Assembly: GCA_964649705.1 (NCBI GenBank) | Contig: CAZYRM010000003.1 | Coordinates: forward strand, 29,850-93,849 | From: an uncultured Planctomycetia bacterium | GTDB taxonomy: Bacteria > Planctomycetota > MHYJ01 > WSZJ01 > CAZYRM01 | Reading direction: 5' to 3' | Length of the DNA: 64,000 bases | In this document: positions 28,440 through 37,655 of the stretch, in pieces | Layout: the number at the start of each line of letters is the position of its first letter | Numbering within the stretch: the stretch's first letter is position 1 | The notes under the pieces: generated by a model | Told to the model about the DNA's origin: nothing | What the model saw: only the letters and a program-made list of their open reading frames with translations | The model's database searches: none | Translations under genes and position numbers: made by a program

Positions 28440-29300
28440 TTGCCAGGTCGAGCTGAGAAGGGCGCCTCCATCAACTTCCTGTTCTGGAATATCGCACGGA
28501 AGCGTCTAGAGACCGATATCGCGCGGTTGGTCCGGGAGCACCACATCGATCTAATCGTACTCTGCGAGTGTACTGTGCCCGTCGGCGCACTGCTGCGCGC
28601 ACTCGGGCAAGTCGCGGCTCCCTTCAACCGAAGCGAGAGAGTACTCCCGGACAGCGGGCTGGAGATCCTGATTCGGTACCCAGCGGAGTTCCTCAAGAAG
28701 TGCCACGATTCGATCGGAATGACGGCGAAGAAGCTCTGCCTCCCTGCAGCAGAGGAAATCCTGCTCACGGTCATGCACCTGCCCAGCCGATTACACTGGT
28801 CGACCGACGCTCAGGCCGCGGAGTGCCATAGAGTGGCGGGGGTTCTCCGGGCGATCGAGGAGAGGATCGGGCATCGCCGCACGGTGCTCGTCGGGGACTT
28901 CAATGTGAACCCGTTCGCATCAGGGATGACCTCCCCCTATGCGTTCCGCGGCGTTTCTACAACGGCAATCGCGAAGAGGGGTGAGGGTATCGTTCGCGGG
29001 GAATCATGGCCGTTCTTCTACAACCCGATGTGGAGTTGCCTGGGGGACCGATCCCCCGGGCCTCCGGGCACCTACTTCAATGACACAGGAACCGCCGACT
29101 GCCTCTTCTGGTACACTCTCGATCAGGTGCTGCTACGGCCCGAGCTCCTGGATCGCTACCCGCTATCGTCGATTCGGATTCTCGATTCCATCGAAGGCAC
29201 CTCATTGTTGAAGGCGAATTCTGGAATACCCGATCGCAAGCGGTTCTCCGATCACCTTCCCTTGCTGTTTTCGTTGGATGTGACCCCGAACGGAGGCTAG
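28440..29300 (+). CDS. Endonuclease/exonuclease/phosphatase (EEP) family protein
   Basis: INFLFWNI N-terminal strand, LVGDFNVNP, C-terminal SDHLPL catalytic His motif; start codon uncertain (TTG 28440 in frame; no in-frame ATG nearby); region GC markedly lower than flanks. Confidence 0.6.
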   Translation: MPGRAEKGASINFLFWNIARKRLETDIARLVREHHIDLIVLCECTVPVGALLRALGQVAAPFNRSERVLPDSGLEILIRYPAEFLKKCHDSIGMTAKKLCLPAAEEILLTVMHLPSRLHWSTDAQAAECHRVAGVLRAIEERIGHRRTVLVGDFNVNPFASGMTSPYAFRGVSTTAIAKRGEGIVRGESWPFFYNPMWSCLGDRSPGPPGTYFNDTGTADCLFWYTLDQVLLRPELLDRYPLSSIRILDSIEGTSLLKANSGIPDRKRFSDHLPLLFSLDVTPNGG

Positions 29301-29302
29301 AG

Positions 29303-29716
29303 ATGTCGACGACCGAGCAGCCCAGCAGCCTCTGGCCCAAGGACTTGGTCGACCGTGCCGTAGAGGCGCCGATCGCGATCCTCAAGGAACAGGGCTCGGA
29401 ACTTCAGAAGTTGACCAAGAACATGCTCAAGGGGGAGCCGCGAGTGACGAAGGTGCCGGGGGAAGACGGGGATCGCCTGATCGTCTCATTCGTCGTAGTC
29501 GCGCCCGCCCTCGCCGACTACGAGGTGGAGCTCCTCTCCTTCGAGCAATCGACGTCGCTCTATCCGATTGAAGTGTCCTCCATGGGCTTCAAGTTGCCGA
29601 AATCCAGAATCTCGTCGGCTGAGCAGTTCCGTCATTACCTGAGAGGGAAGCTGGCGACCCCCAAGGTGAAGAACGTGATCAGTTCACTCTTGGCGCAGGC
29701 CAAGGCCATCAGCTAG
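29303..29716 (+). CDS. Hypothetical protein
   Basis: 137-aa ORF starting 3 nt after EEP stop; lower GC. Confidence 0.45.
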   Translation: MSTTEQPSSLWPKDLVDRAVEAPIAILKEQGSELQKLTKNMLKGEPRVTKVPGEDGDRLIVSFVVVAPALADYEVELLSFEQSTSLYPIEVSSMGFKLPKSRISSAEQFRHYLRGKLATPKVKNVISSLLAQAKAIS

Positions 29717-29916
29717 CAGAGGTGCTGGGGGAGCTCCGCGACCCGAAGGGATCGGACACGCGACGAGGCGGGTCCCGACGGTCAAGTCGAGCGTGAATGG
29801 CTTCAGACCCGCTCGCAGGGCGGATCGGAAGGCGTCGGGGGTTTCCGATCTGCCCTCTATCACTCCCCGTCGCGCGGGAGAGCGATCGAGTACCTCTCCG
29901 TCTGAATACTCGACGC

Positions 29917-30465
29917 CTACGGGGCCTGCCAGATGATCTTTCCGTTCGCATCGAGGAGAGTGACGCTCGGGAGTCCATTCACGTCCACGCCCTCGGCCAC
30001 GCGAATCTTGCCGTTCGAATCGAAGAGGGTGAGGCTCGGGGATCCATCCACGTCCACGCCCTCTGCTACGCGGAGCTTGCCGTCCGCGTCGCGGAGAGTG
30101 AGATACGGGGACCCTGAGGGGAGCACGCCCACTGCCGTACGGAGCTTCTCGTTGCCGTCGAGAAAACGAAGGGCCGGGGGCCCGTTCGGATCGATGCCCA
30201 AGAACATGAGCGACTTCCCGTCCGCGCTGGACATTTCGAGGGTCGGGGAGTCTCCCTGCCCCACGATCTCGCGCACGTGCAACACCGCGCGTTCCTGCCC
30301 GTCCGTGTCCCGCAGGACGAATTTCGTCGCCTCCACGGTCCCGTCAGGCGAGGTCCATCCCACTGCGACCAAGGCGGCGAAAGCGAGGGACAGCAGAGCC
30401 ACAGCGCCCTTGAGGTGGCGGTTCGACCGCTCCAGGCGGTCGAGACGGTCGGTCAGGTTGTCCAT
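29917..30465 (-). CDS. Membrane-anchored protein with ~20-aa tandem repeats
   Basis: N-terminal TM/signal anchor; repeats GSPYLTLRDADGKLRVAEGVDVDGSPSLTLFDSNGKIRVAEGVDVNGLPSVTLLDANGKI. Confidence 0.5.
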   Translation of the reverse strand: MDNLTDRLDRLERSNRHLKGAVALLSLAFAALVAVGWTSPDGTVEATKFVLRDTDGQERAVLHVREIVGQGDSPTLEMSSADGKSLMFLGIDPNGPPALRFLDGNEKLRTAVGVLPSGSPYLTLRDADGKLRVAEGVDVDGSPSLTLFDSNGKIRVAEGVDVNGLPSVTLLDANGKIIWQAP

Positions 30466-30868
30466 GGTGTTCCTCCTGAAAAGTACGGTGGCCAGCCTAC
30501 AGAGGCGAGTCTCTCACGTCACGCCGTTTGCGTTTCGTCGCGGTGCCCCTCACTGGACGGCGCGGGAGTGATCTGCGGGTCCCCCAGCTCGCGGAAGGCG
30601 AGTTCGACGAGGTCATGCACGAGCGCGTCGAACGGGCCGCGCTGCCGCGTCGGCGGCCAGAGTCAGATAGCCGCGGAGGGAGAACGCCCGCAGGTACAAT
30701 CTGAGTTCGTTGCGCCAGCGACGCGCGCTGAGTTCGACGTCCTCGTGCTTCCCCTCCTCCACCACAGACCGGGACGGGATCGTGAAGGCACGCGTCGCTC
30801 GATCGACCTCTGGATTGCAGTGGGCGGCGCGAGGTACCATCTGCTACATGCCGCCGTAGGAGAGGACG

Positions 30869-33800
30869 ATGGTGGACGACGCGAGCAGCCCGCCCGCTAG
30901 TAGCACGGACGCTCAACCCAGCGAGCACCTCGCCGGGGACCTTCTACGAGGGGTGCCAGGCACCGTCTCCACTGAGCCTTCGGGGACGGGCTCTGCTGAT
31001 CTCGAAACGCCCCACTCAGGGTTGTCGACGCTCTCGCTGGCGAAGCCAGCTGCGGCGATCGCTGCTGAAGGGCCTACGCCCGACGCGGCGACACCTCTGC
31101 TCACGGGACTGACGTGGGCTTGGCCGAACGTGCCGCGGCGGCTCGGCCAATACGAATTGGTCGGAGAGCTGGGCCATGGCGGGATGGGGATCGTTTTCCG
31201 TGCGCGGCACGTGAAGCTGGGGACGGAATGCGCGGTGAAGGTCCTCATCGCCGGGGAGCACGCCTCACCCGAGATGATGTCGCGGTTCCAGCGCGAGGCG
31301 GCGGCGGTCGCCAGGATGGGGAAGCACCCAAACATCGTTACGGTTTTCGATCTCGGACAGGAGGGCAGCCTCTTCTACTACGCGATGGAGCTGGTGGACG
31401 GCATGTCGCTCTCTAGGCTCTTGCGCGAGCGGGGGGGAGAGTTCACACCCCAAGAGACGGCAGTCCTCGTGGAACAGGTCGCACGCGCGGTCCACTTCGC
31501 ACATGCGCACAAGGTGATTCACAGGGACCTGAAGCCCGACAACATCGTGGTGCGCACCATCTCGACTGGCGCGAGCATCGCTTGGGAGCCGCAAGTGATG
31601 GACTTCGGCCTCGCGCGCGACATCGGATCCGCGGAGAAGCTCTCCGTGACCGGGCATGTGATGGGCTCGCCGAACTACATGGCCCCCGAGCAGGCCTGGG
31701 GGAGGCACGAGGAGAGCGACGCGCGAACGGACGTCTACGGGCTCGGTGCAATTCTCTACCAGATGCTCGCGGGCTTTCCTCCGCATCCCGGTAGGGACCA
31801 GTACAAGGTCATAGACGACATTCGGAGAGGCAAGGAGGTCGTCCTGCCCAGGCGAGTGCGGTCCGACGCACCCAAGGACCTGGAGACGATTTGCCTCAGG
31901 TGCCTGGAGGTAGTGCAGGGCAAGCGCTATCCAACCGCGGAGGCCCTCGCCGAGGACCTCGCGAGGTTCAGGCGCGGGGAGCCAGTCCACGCGCGGCCGG
32001 TGTCCTTGGCGTCGCGGGCATGGCGTAGAGCAGTGCGGCACTGGCGGGTCGTCTTGCCGAGCACTGTGGCGGTCGGCGTGGCCCTCGCGTTCGGGCTCTA
32101 CGCGGTCGTAAGTCATTTCCGGCACGTTCGAGATCTCGACGCGGAGCAGGGGAGGACGCAGGCGGCGCTGCTGAAGACAGAGGATGCACTCACGATCGCC
32201 GAGGAGGCGAAGGTCTTGGCGCAGGCCTCGGAGGCTCGAGAGGGGAGGCTCAAGCGGAGATCCCAGGCAGAGGCGGAGATCCTCAAGGCGCAACGAGACT
32301 CGAACGCTGGGAACCAAATGAACGCCCTGGCCCACGCGATTGCCTCTGTGCGACTCCGCCCAGGGGCTGTTGCCGCAGAGGAGGCGTGGCGGGCACACGC
32401 ATTCGCACCCGCTGTCCGTTGGTGCTCACCGAGCAAGGTAGGCCACCAGGACTCCCTCAGGTGGGTCTCGTTCAGCCCAGATGGGAGCCGGATACTCTCC
32501 GTGTCCCTGGACAACACGGTTCGTTCTTGGGAGGTGTCCTCGGGGAAGGAGCTTGTTCGCCACGATGTGCATACGAGCGGCGTCATGTGCCTCGCGCTCA
32601 GCTCGGACGGTACCCGGCTCGTGTCGTTCTCGCCAGACAACGCAGGCTCCGTGTGGGACACGGCCACCGGGAGGGAGGTGGTCCGCCTCGAGGGGCATAC
32701 GATGCTCGTCATAAACCTCGCGCTCAGCCCGGACGGTACCCGTGTAGTATCAGGGTCCGCGGACAACACGGTTCGCATCTGGGACGCGGACTCGGGCGAG
32801 GAGTTAGCTCGCCCTGAAGGGCACCCAAAATTCGTCTCCTCCTTGGCCTTCAGCCCGGACGGCAAGCGAGTTGCCGTGGCTGGTGACTGGGTCGGGATCT
32901 GGGACGTCGCGTCAGCGAAGCTCGTGGCACGCCTCGAAGGGGATAATTTCCGTGTCCATGAGGTTGCCTTCAGCCCGGATGGCGCCCGAGTCGTTGGGGT
33001 GCTAGACGACAGCGCTATCCGAATCTGGGACGCGCCTTCGGGCAAAGAGTTGGCGCGCCTCCAAGGCGATGCGGGGTATGTCACTTGCCTCGCTCTCAGC
33101 CCGGACGGGAACCACGTCGTCTCGGGGTCTGTCGACAACTCGATTCGTCTGTGGGACACAGCCTCAAGGAAGGAGACGGCTCGTCTCCAGGGGCATAGGG
33201 CGCCCGTGAGGTCGGTCGCCTTCAGTCCAGACGGGAGTTGGGTCGTCTCGGGATCGGACGACCACACGGTCCGTCTCTGGGATACGGCCCCGAGGAAGGA
33301 GGTCGGCCGTATCGAGGGGCACACCAACATCGTAAGTTCCATTGCCTTCAGCCCGGATGGAAGCCGACTTGTGACGGGATCCGGCGACAACACGCTCCGC
33401 CTCTGGAACGCGACGACCGGCAGGGAGATCACCCGCTTCGAAGGGCATACAGAGATGGTCCATTCGGTCGCCTTCAGTCTGGACGGGACCCATCTCGCCT
33501 CGGGATCCGGTGACGACACGGTCCGCCTTTGGGACGTGGCGACAGGGAAGGAGGTGGGCCGGCTCGAAGGGCATACAGGGTGCGTCATTTCGGTCGACTT
33601 TAGCCCAGACGCGAGCCGAGTCCTGTCGCGTTCCGATTCGACCGCCAGCCTCTGGAACCTCGCCTCGGGGAAGGAGGTCGCCCGCATCGGCGGGCAGGAC
33701 GACTTCGTGACGAACGTTTCTTTCAGCCCAGATGGCAGGTGGATCGTCTCCGCCTTGGGCGGCAGCACGATTCACCTCCTAGACGCGGCCTCTGGAAGGG

Positions 33801-35122
33801 AGGTAGCTCGCCTCACGGGACATACGGACATGGTGTGTCGGGTCACCTTCAGCCTTGACGGCATGCGGCTCGTCTCGGGATCCCTGGACAACACCATACG
33901 CATATGGGATGCGGCCTCTGGGAAGGAGGTGAGTCGCCTTACCGGGCATACGGGCTCCGTCACTTTCGTCGCGTTCGCCCTGGACGGGACCAGGGTCGTC
34001 TCCGCGTCACTGGACGACACGGTCCGGCTCTGGGACGTAGCGTCGGAGAGCGAGGTGGCCAAGTTGGAACGGGTAAAGAGCGATGGCACGGCCCTCAGCC
34101 TCAGCCCGGACGGGGCTAGGATTGCAAGGAGTGGAGTCGACGGGGTGCTGCTCTGGGACGCAGCGTCAGGTAAGGAGGTGGCCCGGTTTGCGGGACCTAC
34201 CAGGAGTTTCATGCCCGTAGTGTTCAGCCCAGACGGGAGTCGGATTGCGTTGGTCGGGGTCGAGGAGGGGGTCCGAGTTCTTGACGCAGCCTCGGGAAGG
34301 GAAGTAGCCCGGCTCGGGGGCCATAGCGACGAGGTTACGTGCGTTGCGTTCAGCCCTGATGGTACCCGTGTCGTCTCGGCGTCGTCGCTGGACGGGACTG
34401 TCCGTCTCTGGGACGCCGCGTCCGGGGGAGAGATAGCGTGCCTCAAGGGACACGCCGAGACCGTCTCGTCCGTAGCCTTCAGCCTGGACGGCACCAGGGT
34501 GGTTTCGGGGTCCCACGACAAGACGATTCGGGTTTGGGACGCGAGTTCAAGCAAGCAGCCGGCTCCCTTTGAGGGGCATGCGGATCGCGTTGCGTTCGTC
34601 GCGTTCAGCCCCGATGGAACCCGGATCGTCTCGGCGTCCAAGGACAAGACGGTCCGGCTCTGGGACGCGGACTCGGGGGAGGAGGTAGGACGGCTCCAGG
34701 GGCATACGGCCCCTGTCAGGGTGGTCGCCTTTAGCCCCGACGCGATGTGGGTGACTTCGGAGGACTCTAACGGAGTGGTCCTACGTTGGAATGCGACCAC
34801 AGGCGCACCGGTCCAGGAATCTGACGAGGCAGCAGCCAAGGCGTGTCTCGACGAGTGGCTCGCGATCCAGGGCCTGCGCGCGCCAACTCGCCTTCCCCAC
34901 GTCGGCGCAGTCATCCTGGAAGGTGAGGCCGAGTGGCGCACGGCATGGAGCGACCCCGAGCGGGGCGAAAACGGCCTCCCGAGGAAGGTGGCACGGATCC
35001 TCGACCGGTGGGAACATGATATCGGCATGCGAGTCGACATTGAGACGGGTAAACTCGTGCGCCTCTCGTGCCCCGGCCCCGCCTTCGCGAACGACCCTCA
35101 GATCGCACCGCTGTGCAAGTAG
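30869..35122 (+). CDS. Serine/threonine protein kinase fused to ~28 WD40 repeats (1417 aa)
   Basis: Hanks kinase motifs GELGHGGMGIVFRA, AVKVL, HRDLKPDNIVV, DFGLAR, APE; followed by regularly spaced WD40 units (GH...V.S.AFSPDG..V.SGS.D.T.RLWD). Confidence 0.85.
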   Translation: MVDDASSPPASSTDAQPSEHLAGDLLRGVPGTVSTEPSGTGSADLETPHSGLSTLSLAKPAAAIAAEGPTPDAATPLLTGLTWAWPNVPRRLGQYELVGELGHGGMGIVFRARHVKLGTECAVKVLIAGEHASPEMMSRFQREAAAVARMGKHPNIVTVFDLGQEGSLFYYAMELVDGMSLSRLLRERGGEFTPQETAVLVEQVARAVHFAHAHKVIHRDLKPDNIVVRTISTGASIAWEPQVMDFGLARDIGSAEKLSVTGHVMGSPNYMAPEQAWGRHEESDARTDVYGLGAILYQMLAGFPPHPGRDQYKVIDDIRRGKEVVLPRRVRSDAPKDLETICLRCLEVVQGKRYPTAEALAEDLARFRRGEPVHARPVSLASRAWRRAVRHWRVVLPSTVAVGVALAFGLYAVVSHFRHVRDLDAEQGRTQAALLKTEDALTIAEEAKVLAQASEAREGRLKRRSQAEAEILKAQRDSNAGNQMNALAHAIASVRLRPGAVAAEEAWRAHAFAPAVRWCSPSKVGHQDSLRWVSFSPDGSRILSVSLDNTVRSWEVSSGKELVRHDVHTSGVMCLALSSDGTRLVSFSPDNAGSVWDTATGREVVRLEGHTMLVINLALSPDGTRVVSGSADNTVRIWDADSGEELARPEGHPKFVSSLAFSPDGKRVAVAGDWVGIWDVASAKLVARLEGDNFRVHEVAFSPDGARVVGVLDDSAIRIWDAPSGKELARLQGDAGYVTCLALSPDGNHVVSGSVDNSIRLWDTASRKETARLQGHRAPVRSVAFSPDGSWVVSGSDDHTVRLWDTAPRKEVGRIEGHTNIVSSIAFSPDGSRLVTGSGDNTLRLWNATTGREITRFEGHTEMVHSVAFSLDGTHLASGSGDDTVRLWDVATGKEVGRLEGHTGCVISVDFSPDASRVLSRSDSTASLWNLASGKEVARIGGQDDFVTNVSFSPDGRWIVSALGGSTIHLLDAASGREVARLTGHTDMVCRVTFSLDGMRLVSGSLDNTIRIWDAASGKEVSRLTGHTGSVTFVAFALDGTRVVSASLDDTVRLWDVASESEVAKLERVKSDGTALSLSPDGARIARSGVDGVLLWDAASGKEVARFAGPTRSFMPVVFSPDGSRIALVGVEEGVRVLDAASGREVARLGGHSDEVTCVAFSPDGTRVVSASSLDGTVRLWDAASGGEIACLKGHAETVSSVAFSLDGTRVVSGSHDKTIRVWDASSSKQPAPFEGHADRVAFVAFSPDGTRIVSASKDKTVRLWDADSGEEVGRLQGHTAPVRVVAFSPDAMWVTSEDSNGVVLRWNATTGAPVQESDEAAAKACLDEWLAIQGLRAPTRLPHVGAVILEGEAEWRTAWSDPERGENGLPRKVARILDRWEHDIGMRVDIETGKLVRLSCPGPAFANDPQIAPLCK

Positions 35123-35646
35123 AGCAACAGGGTCGACTCTGGACGCGTGCTGCCCTTCGCTTTCCTCAGCTCAGGGAGGCGTTTTCGACGCTTCCCTCTG
35201 CGTCATTGCCGCCAGCAGCTTCAGGTTTCTCTCCTCCTCCCCACCCTCCCGCAGACCCTGCTCGCACCTCCTTCGCAGTTCCGCGATCCACGCGGCCAGC
35301 GGTCGCCCGCCGAACGGCGGCGCAGCGGCGCTGGCTCCCCATTCCGCGATTCCACCTCCTCCCGCCCGTTTTCCCCTGGTCCCCTCCCCCGCGCAAAGTG
35401 GCCCCCTGCGGGACCGCGATCAACACGAGCGGGCCACGCGGCGCGGCCGGGGAGGCCCCGGAGCGCTTGCGCGCATCGTAGGGTTGCAGAAACGGCGGGT
35501 GGAGCGCGGATTTGTTTCGTGTAAGGGTAGCACTACACCGGGCGACGGTAGCATCGTGTCGGGCACGGGAAGCCTCGCATCGGACGAGGGAAGCATCCCG
35601 TCGGCTGGGGCATCCCCTTCGAGCCCCCCCGGCCCATTGCTGTCCG

Positions 35647-35859
35647 CCGAACGTGCTTCGCGCGGTCGCCAGGGCGAAGGCGGTCGGCGCGATGGTCGTC
35701 GGCTTCACCGGCGCGAAGGGCGGGAAGCTGCGCTCCCGCGTCGACATGCTGCTCGACGTCCCCTCGGACGACACGCCGCGGGTCCAGGAGTGCCACCTGC
35801 TGGCGGGGCACATCCTGTGCGAGGTCGTCGAGGCCGAGGTGTCCGGGGGGTCTCTTTGA
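35647..35859 (+). pseudogene. Duplicated 3' fragment of gmhA (71 C-terminal codons)
   Basis: Translates PNVLRAVARAKAVGAMVVGFTGAKGGKLRSRVDMLLDVPSDDTPRVQECHLLAGHILCEVVEAEVSGGSL*, ~90% identical to GmhA C-terminus encoded at 27236-27445; no upstream SIS N-terminus. Confidence 0.7.
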
Positions 35860-35946
35860 TATGTGATATCTGCTATGAGATATCTGATATGGGCATCGGG
35901 GCCTCCATATCAGATATGTCATAGCAGATATCACATATCAGATATC
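35858..35946. repeat. AT-rich palindromic element copy C (complete hairpin: 34-bp arms, 15-nt loop)
   Basis: gatatgtgatatctgctatgagatatctgatatg - ggcatcggggcctcc - atatcagatatgtcatagcagatatcacatatcagatatc; arms reverse-complementary with 1 mismatch; begins inside stop codon of gmhA fragment. Confidence 0.8.
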
Positions 35947-36105
35947 TTGTGGGGACTCGGTTCCCCTGTACTGCCGCGTTGCTGGCACATCGCTCTCGGG
36001 TCCATCTCTGGTGTTTTCGAGGCGTCCGTCGCCCTCCCGGGGGCGTGTCGCGGAACTGGGACGCGATTCTGTGACCGGGGGCCCGGGCCGTCCCAAAACG
36101 CGACG

Positions 36106-36195
36106 GGCGGATCGTCGCGGGTCTCCCGCGCATCGTCGCGAGTCTCCCGCGCATCGTCACGAGTCTCCCGCGCATCGTCACGAGTCTCCCGCGAT
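36106..36195. repeat. 21-bp tandem repeat x ~4.3 (gagtctcccgcgcatcgtcac)
   Basis: Direct read: gtctcccgcgcatcgtcgcga / gtctcccgcgcatcgtcacga / gtctcccgcgcatcgtcacga / partial. Confidence 0.7.
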
Positions 36196-36439
36196 CGGCT
36201 GGGCGTCTACGCCTCTTGCCCATCTCGCCTGGGGGCCTCGCGCAGGTCGGACCAGAGGAGCGCCCGGTTCCCCTCGAAGCCGTGGGCCACGCGGCGGGTT
36301 GCGAGGATCAGGCGGACGTCGGCGTCGTCGGAGAGTCGCTCCATGAGCCGGCTGACGACCTCGTAGCCGAGATCGACAGGGTCGGCGAGGTATCGGTTCC
36401 TGACCGCCTGACGGGAGGAGACTCGCCCGGCGCCCCGAG

Positions 36440-37346
36440 CTAGTCGTCCTTCGCGGTCGGGCGCCAGATGATCATGTCTTTCATCTGGTCGTCCCGGAGG
36501 TGGTCCAGGACCACGAAGCGCTTGTCCTGAGTGTTCTGGTGGACGATCGACGAGCCCGTCTGCTTCGGGAGCGGCTTGATGAGCACCATCACGTGCATGG
36601 GGTTGGTGAGCACGTCTCCCGGGAGCGCGTCCTTCCACTGGATCTTCTTGCCGAACTTGTAGCCGCCCTGCACCCCGAAATCCTGGCGCCCCAGCCGCCA
36701 CATCGGGTCCCCGGGCAGCTCGCTGCACTCGCCGGAGCGCACCTGCTGACCCACGCGCGAGAACGCGAACAGGAGGATCTCCTGGTTCATCGCCGGCAGG
36801 AGACCGAGGTCGCACACCTTCGCGTAGTCGCACCCGTCGGCCTTGGGCAGCTCCTGCGCCTGGCGCTGCGCGACGCTGCCCTTCTTGAGGTCGAACACCG
36901 TGAGGTGCAGCGACGGCTTGCCGCCGGTGGTCTTGACGCGCGGCTCGATCAGGTACTCCGCGTGCTGCTTGTCCTTCCATTCGGCCACGTCCTCGTTCTT
37001 GAACAGGACTCCCTTCGGCAGGGCCCCCTCGGCGTACTCCACCTTCAGCGGATGCTCGGCCTCGGCCTTGAAGAGGTAGACGCCGTTCTTGAGGAGCGCC
37101 TGCTGCAGGGCGAGCTGAATCTGCCCGCACGAGGCCTGGAGCGGGTCGGCCTCGGTCTCGCAGCGCACCTGGAGCATGGCGACGACCGACTCCTTCGTGA
37201 GGCCGACGACCTGCTTGCCGACCTTCGTCAGGCCGGCGGAGAGCACGGCGCGCGCCTTGTCGTCCTCGGCGCCGACAGGCACGAGGCCGCGGGCCAGCAG
37301 AAGCGCGATCACGAGCACCCAGGACGTTCCACGATGCGGCATGGCG
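36440..37346 (-). CDS. Secreted hypothetical protein (cargo of 1.6-kb cassette)
   Basis: Signal peptide MPHRGTSWVLVIALLLARGLVPVGA; 302 aa, Lys-rich, GC lower than flanks; start could also be upstream ATG at 37474. Confidence 0.55.
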
Positions 37347-37445
37347 GGCCCTCCTCGCGCCCGCCCCGCGTCGACCCAGGCCAGGTCGCAGGAGCGAGCG
37401 ATACCATCCCAACGGATCGGAGGGTGGCTTGTCAAGGGTCGATGG

Positions 37446-37510
37446 ACCAGGAGGGCCACCTGCTGGCGGGGCACATCCTCTGCGAGCTGATCGAGGCTTC
37501 GTGCCGGTAG
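37446..37510 (+). pseudogene. Second duplicated 3' fragment of gmhA (~21 codons)
   Basis: accaggagggccacctgctggcggggcacatcctctgcgagctgatcgaggc -> QEGHLLAGHILCELIEA, cf. GmhA VQECHLLAGHILCEVIEAETS. Confidence 0.55.
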
Positions 37511-37530
37511 CCAGGGTGTTCTCCGGACCC

Positions 37531-37655
37531 TATCAGATGTCAGATGTCATATCTCAGATGTCTGATATCGTCGCCCCTGACCTCCAGCCGGCCCGTTCCT
37601 GACAAGATGCGACGACATCAGACATCTGAGATATGACATCAGACATCTGATATCT
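37531..37655. repeat. AT-rich palindromic element copy D (42-bp arms separated by 35-bp spacer)
   Basis: tatcagatgtcagatgtcatatctcagatgtctgatatcgtcg ... cgacgacatcagacatctgagatatgacatcagacatctgatatc; right arm supplies last 5 codons + stop of ABC transporter. Confidence 0.75.

Noticed and set aside
28400-28456. ATG at 28400 as EEP start
   Set aside because: It is out of frame with the EEP reading frame (it gives an 18-aa peptide). An in-frame TTG at 28440 was used instead, with reduced confidence.
27499-37510. Integrase/recombinase or transposase associated with the inserted segments
   Set aside because: No ORF in the window shows tyrosine/serine recombinase, DDE or HUH motifs. The islands are therefore described as integrase-less.
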